DNA from: Hydrolagus colliei
Lineage: Eukaryota
Length of the DNA stretch: 64,000 nucleotides
Assembly (NCBI GenBank): GCA_035084275.1
Contig: CM068779.1
Location: forward strand, 310,001-374,000
Reading direction: 5' to 3'
In this document: one piece after another, positions 53,745-64,000 of the stretch
How positions within the stretch are numbered: the first letter of the stretch is position 1
Layout of the letters: the number at the start of each line of letters is the position of its first letter
Notes under the pieces: model-generated
Told to the model about the DNA's origin: nothing
Database searches by the model: none
What the model saw: only the letters and a program-made list of their open reading frames with translations
Position numbers and translations under genes: made by a program

Positions 53745-56575
53745 ATCTAGTTAGAAATGAGGAATACAAAAGGTGCAGCTACACTGTTAGTGGTATACTA
53801 TAGACCACCAAATAGTGGGGAGGAGATAGACAAGCAGATCTGCAAGCGTATCACGGAGAAATGCAGAGCTAATAGAGTAGTGATAATGGGTGACTTCAAC
53901 TATCCCAACATAGACTGGCAGAATAGTAGTGCAAAGGGCAAGGAGGGAGAAGAATTCCTGAAGTGTGTGCAGGACAACTTTCTTGATCAATATGTTTCCA
54001 GTCCAACGCGGAAAGAAGCATTGCTGCATCTAGTTTGGGGAAATGAGGTAGGGCAAGTTCAACAGGTTTCTGTAGATGATCATCCAGGGAATAGTGACCA
54101 CAATATCGTTAGATTCAGAATAATTATGGAAAGGGATAAGGAACGATCACAGGTGAGGACACTCAACTGGAAAAGGGCTAATTTCAATGAGTTGAGGTGG
54201 GACCTAGCCAGGGTGGATTGGAAGGAAACATTCGCAGGTAAGACAAGTAACGAGCCGTGGGCAGTGTTGAAAGAGGAGATAGTTCAGGCACAGGTCAAAA
54301 GCATCCCCACAAAGGTGAATTGTAAGGCATCCAAAGCTCCCTGGATGACTAAGGAAATCGGGGCCAAAATAAATAAATAAATAAAAAGAGGCTTATGATA
54401 AGTGTCAGGCTCAAAATTCAGAAGGGAACCAAGCAGAATATAGGAAGTGTAGGAAAGAACTAACAAAGGAAGTTGGAGGGGCAAAGAGACTGCATGAGAA
54501 ACAATTACCGAGTAAGATTAAGGGGAAGCCTAAGATTGTTTACCAACATATTAAGAGTAAAAGGTTGGTCACGGATAGGGTGGGGCCAATTAGGGACCTA
54601 GGAGGAAATCTCATTGTGGAGGCAGAGGGCATGGCTGATGTACTGAATGAGTATTTCGCCTCTGTCTTCACAAAAGAAAAGGATACAGCCAATGCCATAG
54701 TATTGGAGGAGAGGGTAGGAGAAATTGATAGAATAATTATAACCAGAGAGGAAGTTCTGAAAAGGGTGACGTCGCTCAAGGCGGTTAAGTCACCTGGTCC
54801 GGATGGGATGCACCCTAGGTTACTAATGGAGGCACGGGAGCAAATAGCAGAGACTCTGGCCACAATCTTTCAATCTTCCTTGGACACAGGGGTCGTGCCA
54901 GTGGACTGGAGGATAGCTAATGTTACTCCCTTGTATAAAAAGGGGCAGAAGGACAAGCCTGGTAAATACAGACTAGTCAGTCTAACGTCGGTAGCGCGCA
55001 AACTTCCAGAGCCCATAATCAGGGACAAGATAGATCTTCACTTAGAAAGATATAGGCTAATAAAGGACAGTCAACATGGATTTGTTGAAGGCAAATCTTG
55101 CCTTACAAATCTGATAGAATTTTTTGATGAGGTAACGGAATGGGTGGATAATGGTAGCGCAGTTGATGTAGTTTACGTGGACTTTCAAAAGGCATTTGAC
55201 AAAGTGCCACATGAGAGACTTATTAGGAAATTAAAGGCCCATGGCGTAAAAGGGACAGTGGCAGAGTGGATCCACAACTGGCTGCGAGACAGAAAGCAGA
55301 GAGTTGTAGTGAGCGGCTGTTTTTCAGACTGGAGGGAAGTGAGCAGTGGTGTGCCACAGGGATCGGTTTTGGGACGATTGCTGTTTGTAATCTACATCAA
55401 TGATCTAGACTTGGGTGTACGAAGTACAGTTTCCAAGTTTGCAGATGACACTAAGTTAGGGAGAATAGTAAATAGTGAGGAGGATAGTAGCCATCTGCAA
55501 GAGGATATAGACAAATTGGTGAAGTGGGCAGACACATGGCAGATGACGTTTAATGCAGAGAAGTGGGAGGTGATGCATTTGGGGAGAAGAAATGAAGGGA
55601 GGCAATATAGGCTAGATAGTACAATTTTAAATGGTGTGAAGGAACAGAGAGACCTGGTGATTTGTGTTAGTGACTCATGGAAGTTGGCAGGACAGGTAGA
55701 CAAGGCTGTTAAGAAGGCATATGGGATACTAGGCTTTATAAATAGGGGTATAGAGTACAAAAGTCAGGAAGTGCAGACTAAACTCTGTAAGACTTTGGTG
55801 AGGTCTCAGCTGGAATACTGTGTTCAATTCTGGTCGCCACACTACAGAAAGGGTGTGAAGACATTGGAAAGGGTACAAATAAGATTTACTAGGATGGTGC
55901 CAGGATTGAGGGACTTCAGCTATGAGGAGAGGCTAGATAGGCTAGGGTTATTCTCTCTGGAGTAGAGAAGATTGAGGGGAGACCTAATCGAGGATTATAA
56001 GATCATGAGGGGTTTCGACAGGGCAAATAGAGAAAAAGTATTTCCACTCGTGGGCGAATCTGTGACTCGTGGTCACAGATTTAAAATAGTTTCAAGGCGA
56101 AATAGAGGGGAGCTGAGGAGAAACGTTTTCACTCAGCGAGTTGTTCGAATCTGGAATGCATTGCCTGAAAAGGTGGTGGAGGCTGATTCGATAACAACTT
56201 TTAAAAGGGAATTATATCTTTATTTAGGGAGAACAGGTCTATTAGGCTATGGGGAGCGGGCAGGGCAGTGGGATTGAATCGCTCTTTTCAACGAGCCGGC
56301 ACAGACTAGATGGGCCGAATGGCCTCCTTTTGTGCCGTAAAATTCTATGATTCTATGATTCTATGATTCTATCACTTTGTGTGTATGTGTTTGTGTGTGT
56401 GTGTTATGTGTCTCCGTCTTTCTCCTTAACAACTGTGACTCTGTATCTGTCTCTAACTCTTTCTGTCTCTCTCTCTCTCTCCCCCTCTCTCTCATTTTGT
56501 GTGTCTGTTTATGGAGGCCGAATGGCCTCCTTTTGTGCCGTGGAATTCTATGAATCTATGAATCTATGAATCTAT
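53745..56575 (+). mobile_element. CR1 LINE (same family as the 23.4-kb copy), longer at the 5' end, inactivated, with a duplicated 3' terminus
   Basis: Endonuclease motifs YYRPPNS and MGDFNYP plus RT motifs. There is an (AAAT)n frameshift near 54370 and a TAG at 55963-55965. The first tail ends at 56372, followed by a 141-bp insert and a second terminal stem-loop and tail at 56514-56575. Confidence 0.95.
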
Positions 56576-57766
56576 ATGGTCTTTCAGTTCAGCATCAATG
56601 GCTGAGTACTACAAATAGATAACTAGGAACGATAATATTCATTGCATTCAACACAGACATGATCACACCTTCGATATATCGCAAAACACTTCACAGTAAA
56701 TACTGCAAAGCGAACTGACTAAGTATTTTGTGGGTGAAATGCGGCAGCCAATTGCGCACAATGAAGTCCCATAAATTGTCATGTGGTGATTAGCAAATTG
56801 ATATATTTTTATTGTTGCCATTGTCTGACTACAAGGAGTTTGACCACATTCAGACCACACTCGATGTCTCGTTAAATTGGTCACTGGCCTCGCTTCATAT
56901 CAATATCTCGCTCGCTGCTTGGAGGTGAGAGAGAAGAAAGTAATATGATTGGATGCCCTTTACAGACTACAGTGTGCAAGTGGGCGTTGAATACACAAAC
57001 AGGAAAACCACAAAAATATGTATTGCCTGAAACAATGTACTTCTGCTGATTCTCAAGTTATTAATAAACATGCGGTTTTCGAACCTTGCTCTGTACGTCA
57101 AAATTTCCAGCCGCCAAACTGACCATAACGGTATTGTTCTTAACGATCGGAAAGTTTTGATACAGTCACAAACAGCTCAGATCCACACAGACAAAATTAG
57201 GATCTTAATGATCCGTGCTTTCTCTCATCTTCTTCAAGTTTAGAATTTAATATTCTCATCAGATATGCCAGTCAAAATAATAATTGCAGCATTTTGTGTG
57301 GAGGAATCTCAATGCCATTTGATTGGTTTACTATACAATTTAGTGGATGTGTACTTTGTTGGCACACAACATCTATCCAAAGGACAGCAATGTACTGAAC
57401 AATGAATTTTATCTGGGGATAACAATAGTATTCCTTTCAGTTGACACAGCGCCTCATCCCATCTTCAAGACATCAAAAGGCGCTTCATTTTTAACCAATA
57501 TATACTGTCAAGTGGATTGAGTGTAAACGTGACAGCCCACAAAATATTTACAGTCAATTCACTTGATAGTATATTCTATGAAGTAGCTTTGAGTCGTCTC
57601 GAAGACATCATGATAAATATCGTTATTATTATAATCCGGGAAGTCGGTTGCCTTGGTTCAGAGGCATTATTAAAATGGCTTATTACTACTAACTGTTCAC
57701 AAACAATTTATTTCCTTGAATCAATGACTTGGCTGTAATCCGTCTCAATGTTTGACTTTGTGTCAG

Positions 57767-59463
57767 TTGTGGTACCGCGGATGGCTTTGGAGCAGACTCC
57801 AGCACTGCAGACATTGGCGGTAGGCAACACTGTGAAGATTGATTGTTACGGCAGCATGCACTCACTGAGCATTGCTGTTAGATGGTACACACAGAGACAC
57901 AATGGGAAGCTAGAAAGGTTCTACATAGTATCACAAACTTCTCCAAATGCTATACAGAAGGAGAATAAAACTGACCGTTATCATCATATTTTCATCATCG
58001 AAAATGCTCAGATAAAAGATTCTGGGACATATTACTGTTCTGCTAGGAATTATACAAGTGGAACCATTGTATTTGGGAATGGCTCCGAGGTCACAATTGC
58101 AGGTAAGTTTCACCATGCTTTTTTTATGCGTAAGAATCACAATAACCCTTTCATTGGCTTTAGCACCTGTTTGTGTCTTCAAGACATCTCACTGTACTTC
58201 ACATGATATTGTGAGTTGCCTGTATATTTAGCGAACGTGGCAGCCAATTGCGCACAGCAGTTTCCCACAAACCGAGTGACGAATTTATTATTATTATTAT
58301 TATTGTTATTGTTTTTGATTAAATTACTAACACTGGAGAAGCAATCCAAGAGAACTTGCCTGATATTTTGCCCTGACGGGAAGCGAACTCAGGTCCGCTC
58401 GCTTGTGAGGCAAACGTTTTCTGCATTGGACACAATCGGAATTTAAGAACCTAGAAAGAGAAGGAGAGTTTGCAGCTCCGTGAGCCTCCCTGGTTATTCT
58501 GCAAAATCGCGACTGAACCTATATATTCATTTCAATTACCTGCCTTTGCCACATCTCCCTTGATACCCTGACCTACAAAACATTTTTTCCACTCGAATCT
58601 TATCAATGGGAATGAATACGGCCATAATCCACAGTGTTTTGGGCACAGAGCTCCAGAGCCTGCAGCTACAGTATTCATCTTGCAAACTAGACGAACTGAG
58701 CTCACTTTCCAGCTGAAATTGTGCGTAAGTTTCCTTAGTCTGTTTACCAGCAGTAAGATCGTAAGCAGTTGTTAATCCATTGCTGGAATACGTTTTTCGA
58801 AGGTAGTATGCTCTCAAAAATCTAAAAGTAACAAAATGATCACTGAATGCACGATTGTTTGTTGCACACTCTGTGAGCAATTCAGTGCCACGATTCGCGC
58901 AGCAATACCCAGTCACTACGCGTATGGTGTGAATCATGTCAAGTGCATTGAGCCATTTACAGAGGAGACCAGGCTTTTTGTGAAACGCAAAGATTATTAT
59001 TAGTTCACTCCAAGTAGCTTAATGATCACTTATGCGGATCTGAGTGCGCTTTGTGCATGTCCTCCTGATGTGAAAAACAATAAGCAAATGTAATATCGTT
59101 GTTCTTGTGATGTGTTGACGTTGTCCTATTCAAATGATTGTGTTCTGTTCCCTGGTCTCAGCCGGTCCCCCCAGGATGTACATTTTATCTCCTCCATCGG
59201 ATGAGATCCTGTCAGTGGAGACAGTCCCATTGATATGTGTGGTCAGTGGAGTGCCCCAGCTTCCTCTCCCATCCACTGGACGCTGGCTGGACAACGTACG
59301 GAGGGCCTGACTGATTCGCGTATCACAGAACCAGATGGAACCTACAGCATCAGGAGTCAGATCAACATCTCAATGGAGATGTGGGAGAGCGGCGTTGGCT
59401 GCACTTGTATTCATCTCAACTCCACTGGACACACTGGAAATCAAACTGCATTATATCACACAG
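57767..59463 (+). CDS. IgSF receptor B: germline-joined VJ exon (57767-58102) plus C1 exon (59162-59463, -1 frameshift as assembled)
   Basis: V exon: ..LEQTPALQTLAVGNTVKIDC..AVRWYTQ..ENAQIKDSGTYYCSARNYTSGTIVFGNGSEVTIA|GTAAGT, 336 nt, phase 1-1. C1 exon: AGPPRMYILSPPSDE..VPLICVVSGV[fs]PASSPIHW..PDGTYSIRSQINIS..WESGVGCTC, 302 nt (303 needed). The leader and TM exons were not confidently found. Confidence 0.75.
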
Positions 59464-60134
59464 GTAACTAGCCACATGGCTATTCGACTGTCCAGCTCCT
59501 AGTTTTTCTTCTCTATCCGAAATTGTCAGTAGATAGAAGACCAGGGTCCATCCAATTCGCCTTTCACAACCCACATGAATTCCTGCAGCTCAGCGTTTGG
59601 AGCGCTAATCTCACAAACGAGACGAACCGGGTTCTACTCACGGGTGGGACAGTGTAGAATGCTGGGCAGGTTTCCTTACTGTGCACACATCTCTGTTTAC
59701 CGAGCAGCAAGACGAAATACGCTTGTTAGTCGATTTGTGGTCTACTTTGCCGGGGGTAATATTCCTTTGAAAATAATTTTATTTCAAAATGATTCAGTCA
59801 CTCAGTCCATTACTTTATTATACACATGAATTATATTGCTGTGTATAATAAGATGCCACATTTTGCCCACAAAATATTCGGTCACCACGTGTTACTGGGA
59901 AGTGTATTTAAACGATAATAACCTACATGTATCCAGCGCTCATTATACAGGTTAGAGAACCAGAAGGCTAATCAATATCTTGTCAACCTTCTCTGCTCTC
60001 AGAAGAACAATCCGAGCCTTTTTCCTTTCTCTGCATAATCTATATCGGGTTTGAGTCAATGGATTGTGCTGTCCAAGCCCGATGACTGAAGCCATTTGAG
60101 CAGTCTTGTCCATGTGCAGTCACTGCCTCAATTC

Positions 60135-63100
60135 AAAGGGAGGGAGGGAGGGAGGGTGAGAAGGAGGGAGGGAGGGAGGGATGGAGTGAGGGTGCGAGGG
60201 AGTGAGAGAGTCAGGGAAGGAGTGTGGGAGGGAGGGAGGGAGTAAGGTGGTAGAGAGGGAGGGAGGGATGGAAGGAAGGTGGTTGGGATGGAGAGCAGGA
60301 AGAAGGGAGCGAGTGAGTTGTGTTTGGATGATGGTAGGGTTGGGATGGTGGAAGGGTGGGAGAGAAGGACGGACGGAGGGATGGACGGAGCGACGGAGCG
60401 AAGGAGGGCGGTGGATCAGTGCGTAGGAGGGAGCGATGGATGGATGAGGGAGGGTCGGAGGGAAGAATGGAAGGAAGTAGGGAGGGAAGGAGTTAAGGTG
60501 GGCGTGAGGCAGGGAGAGAGGGAATGACGGAGGGAGGGAGAGACGTGGGTTGGGATGGTGGAAGGGAGGGAGGGAGAGAAGGAAGGACGGAGGGATGGAG
60601 GGAGCGACGGTGCGAAGGAGGGATGGTGGATGAGTGGGAAGGAGAGAGCGATGGAGGGAAGGACGGAGGGTCGGAGGGAAGAATGGAAAGATGTAGGGAG
60701 GGAGGGAGGGAGCGTGGGAGCGAGGGAGCGAGGGAGGGAGGGAGGGAGGGAGCGAGGGATGGTGGGAGGGATGGTAGGGGGAGGCAGTGAGAGAGGGAGG
60801 GACGGAGGGAGGGAAAGACGTGGTTTAGGTTTGTGGAAGTGAGGGAGGGAGAGAAGGAAGGACGGAGGGATGGAGGGAGCGACGGAGCGAGGGTTGATGA
60901 GTGGGTAGGAGAGAGCGATGGAGGGAAGGAGGTAGAGTCGGAGGGAAGATTGGAAGGAAGTAGGGAGGGAGGGAGGAATGGAGGGATGGAGTGAAGGTGG
61001 GTATGAGACAGGGAGAGAGTGAGGGACGGAGGGAGGGAGAGACGTGGGTTGGGATGGTGGAAGGGAGGGAGATAAGGAAGAACGGTGTGGTGGAGGGAGC
61101 GACGGTGCGAAGGAGGGATGGTGGATGAGGAAGGGAATGAAGGACAGAGGGACGGAGGGAGGGAGCGAGGTAGGTAGCGAGGGCGGGAGAGGGGTAGAGA
61201 GTGAAGGTTAGTGGAAGGGAGGGATAAAGGAAGGGAGCGATGGAGGGAGAGAGGGAGTGAGGGAGGTGGGTTTGGATGGTGGGAGGGTGGAAGGGAATGA
61301 AGGACAGAGGTTTGGAGGGAAGGCGTATCAGGGATGTAGTTAGGGAGTGAGGGATGGCGGGAAGGAGGGAGGGATGGAGGGAGTGAGGTGGGTGTGGATG
61401 GTGTAAGGAAGGGAGAGACGAAAGGACGGATGGATAGAGGGAGCGAGGTAGTGAAGGACGGAGCGCTGGAGGGAGGGAAGGAGGGAGGGTGGGAGGGAGG
61501 GAAGGAGAGAGGGTCGGAGGGAAGAATGGAATGAAGTAGGGAGTGTGAGAGGGAGGGAAGAAGAGAGGGTCGGAGGGAAGAATGGAAGGGAGTAGGGAGG
61601 GAGGGAGGGATGGAAGTAGGGATGGGGTGGGTGGTGGGGGAGGGAGCGAGGGAGAGAAGGAGGTGGGAGAGTGGAAAGGAGAGAGGGAGAAAAGGGAGGA
61701 CGGAAAGAAAGAAGGAAGGAGTGAGTGTGTGAGTGAGGGAGGGAGGGAGTGAGTGAGGGAGGGAGTGAGGCAGTGAGGGATGGTGGGCGGGAGGCAGGGA
61801 GAGAGGGAGGGACGGAGGGAGGGAGAGACGTGGGTTGGGATGGTGGAAGGGTGGGAGAGAAGGACGGACGGAGGGATGGACGGAGCGACGGAGCGAAGGA
61901 GGGCGGTGGATCAGTGCGTAGGAGGGAGCGATGGATGGATGAGGGAGGGTCGGAGGGAAGAATGGAAGGAAGTAGGGAGGGAAGGAGTTAAGGTGGGCGT
62001 GAGGCAGGGAGAGAGGGAATGACGGAGGGAGGGAGAGACGTGGGTTGGGATGGTGGAAGGGAGGGAGGGAGAGAAGGAAGGACGGAGGGATGGAGGGAGC
62101 GACGGTGCGAAGGAGGGATGGTGGATGAGTGGGAAGGAGAGAGCGATGGAGGGAAGGACGGAGGGTCGGAGGGAAGAATGGAAGGATGTAGGGAGGGAGG
62201 GAGGGAGCGTGGGAGCGAGGGAGCGAGGGAGGGAGGGAGGGAGGGAGCGAGGGATGGTGGGAGGGATGGTAGGGGGAGGCAGTGAGAGAGGGAGGGACGG
62301 AGGGAGGGAAAGACGTGGTTTAGGTTTGTGGAAGTGAGGGAGGGAGAGAAGGAAGGACGGAGGGATGGAGGGAGCGACGGAGCGAGGGTTGATGAGTGGG
62401 TAGGAGAGAGCGATGGAGGGAAGGAGGTAGAGTCGGAGGGAAGATTGGAAGGAAGTAGGGAGGGAGGGAGGAATGGAGGGATGGAGTGAAGGTGGGTATG
62501 AGACAGGGAGAGAGTGAGGGACGGAGGGAGGGAGAGACGTGGGTTGGGATGGTGGAAGGGAGGGAGATAAGGAAGAACGGTGTGGTGGAGGGAGCGACGG
62601 TGCGAAGGAGGGATGGTGGATGAGTGGGTAGGATGGAGCGATGGGGGGAAGGACGGAGTGTCGGAGGGAAGAATGGAAGGAACTAGGGATGGAGGGAGGG
62701 AGGGAGGGAGGGAGCGAGGGAGGTAGGATGGGAGGGAGGGAGGGAGGACGAGTGGGAGAGAGCGAGGGAGGGAGGGAGACAAGAAAGTAAGGAAGGAAGG
62801 AAGGAAGGAGGGATGGACAGAGGGAGGGAGTGAGGGAGGAACGGAGTGAGTGCGATAGGGAGGAAGGGAGGGAGGCAGGAAGAGTGGGAGGGATGGAGGG
62901 AGGGAGGGAGGGATGCAGCGAGGGAGAGAGTGAGTGAGGGAAGGAAGCATGGACTGAGGGAGGGAGGGAGTGAGGGTGAGAGCGAGAGAGACATTTAGCG
63001 AGAGAGGGTGGGATGTAGAGAGGGAGTGAGGGAGGGTCGGAGTGAAGGTGTTTGGGAGGGAGAGCGGGAAGGAGGGAGTGAGGGACGGAGGGAGTATTGT

Positions 63101-63420
63101 TTGGATGGTGGTAGGGAGGGAGGGAGCTGGCGAGGGAGAGAGGGGGGTAGAGAGTGAAGGTTAGTGGAAGGGAGGGAGGAAGGGAGGGAGCGATGGAGGG
63201 AGAGAGGGAAGGAGGTGGGTTTGGATGGTGGGAGGGAGGGAGGAAGGGAATGAAGGACTGAGGGATGGAGGGAAGGCGTGCCAGGGATGAAGGGAGGGAG
63301 TGAGGGAGGTAGGGAGGGAGGGAGTGAGCGTGGGATGGAGCGAAGGTGGGCGGGAGAGAGTGAGAGAAGGAGGGACGGAGGGAGGGAGGGAGAGGCATGG
63401 GTTGGGATGGTGGAAGTGAG
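60135..63420. repeat. 3.3-kb polypurine (GGA/GGGA) tract with higher-order duplication
   Basis: The plus strand is overwhelmingly G and A. About 60335-61118 is repeated near-identically 1495 bp downstream, and GGGTTGGGATGGTGGAAGGG sub-units recur. Confidence 0.95.
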
Positions 63421-63624
63421 AAGTCAGGTCGTCTGACTTGTACGCATACTAGTTATCTGCAAACCTGCACTATGCTTTCCTTAACCTTTGGTCAGCACTC
63501 ATGATCCTGTTCAGCAATAAGAGGAAAACAGGAGCGATGTTATGACTTTTAAGACATACCATGGTTTTGTGTTTGTGTAAACTGACGCCTATACTGCCTT
63601 GTTGTTGCATAGAAAGCTCTAGGC

Positions 63625-63770
63625 TTGTTTATCATATTTTACTGCAAGGCTATGATATTATTGTTTATCATATTTTACTACAAGGCTATGATATTATTGT
63701 TTATTATATTGTACTACAAGGCTATGATATCATTGTTTGTCATATGTACTACAAGGTTATGATGTTATTG
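63625..63770. repeat. 36-bp minisatellite, 4 copies
   Basis: TTGTTTATCATATTTTACTACAAGGCTATGATATTA units start at 63625, 63661, 63697 and 63733. Confidence 0.9.
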
Positions 63771-64000
63771 TAAGCTCCAGGCTTCGAGGCCTATCTTGTT
63801 ATTTGAAAGCTCTAGGCATATCTTATTATTGTACGCTATAGCTGGCTTATGTCTCATTGACTCCAAGGCTACGATGTTTTTATGATGCAGTTGCAAGACC
63901 ATGTTGTTTATAGCCCGGCATGAGTCATGTGGCGAAAAATGTATAACTACCCATGTAAAGGTTGCTCTGTGTGTGCACGTGGAGTAGACGGACGAGATTC

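Noticed and set aside
57070-57130. Possible leader exon for gene B (MRFSNLALYVKISSRQTDHN, phase-1 GTATTG donor)
   Set aside because: The hydrophobic core and the donor are both weak. An alternative donor at about 56925 lacks an in-frame ATG. I left it unassigned.
60202-63398. 495-aa and 320-aa Pro/Ser-rich and Gly/Glu/Arg-rich ORFs
   Set aside because: They are open only because the purine/pyrimidine repeat lacks stop codons.
63625-63770. CRISPR-like 36-bp repeats
   Set aside because: The units are head-to-tail with no spacers, and the context is a vertebrate genome. It is a minisatellite.

Overview
This is vertebrate genomic DNA, most likely from a cartilaginous fish. That call is an inference from the GPR139-like GPCR family, the shark/chimaera-type TRIM and the dense CR1/L2/tRNA-SINE landscape. 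From left to right the window holds: the first three coding exons of DAP3/MRPS29 on the minus strand, which the ORF track misses as a gene; a mixed-isotype cluster of 8 tRNA genes or pseudogenes (5.4-14.6 kb); two tandem-duplicated GPR139/142-like GPCR pseudogenes; a 5'-truncated CR1 LINE with an open RT frame; a decayed butyrophilin/B7-type IgV exon; a decayed TRIM-B30.2 gene; and a head-to-head pair of non-rearranging Ig-superfamily genes. Each gene of that pair has a V(J) exon followed by a C1 exon resembling antigen-receptor constant domains. The minus-strand gene can be spliced by eye into a complete 331-aa leader-V-C1-TM-cytoplasmic receptor. The plus-strand gene has a germline-fused V-J (YYC...FGNGSEVTI) and a single-base frameshift in a C4 run of its C1 exon. 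This pair, which resembles PRARP/VJC1-type genes, and its tRNA/BTN/TRIM/GPCR neighbourhood anchored by DAP3 are the most interesting signal. All gene models were made by hand and no database search was run. Repeat boundaries are approximate.
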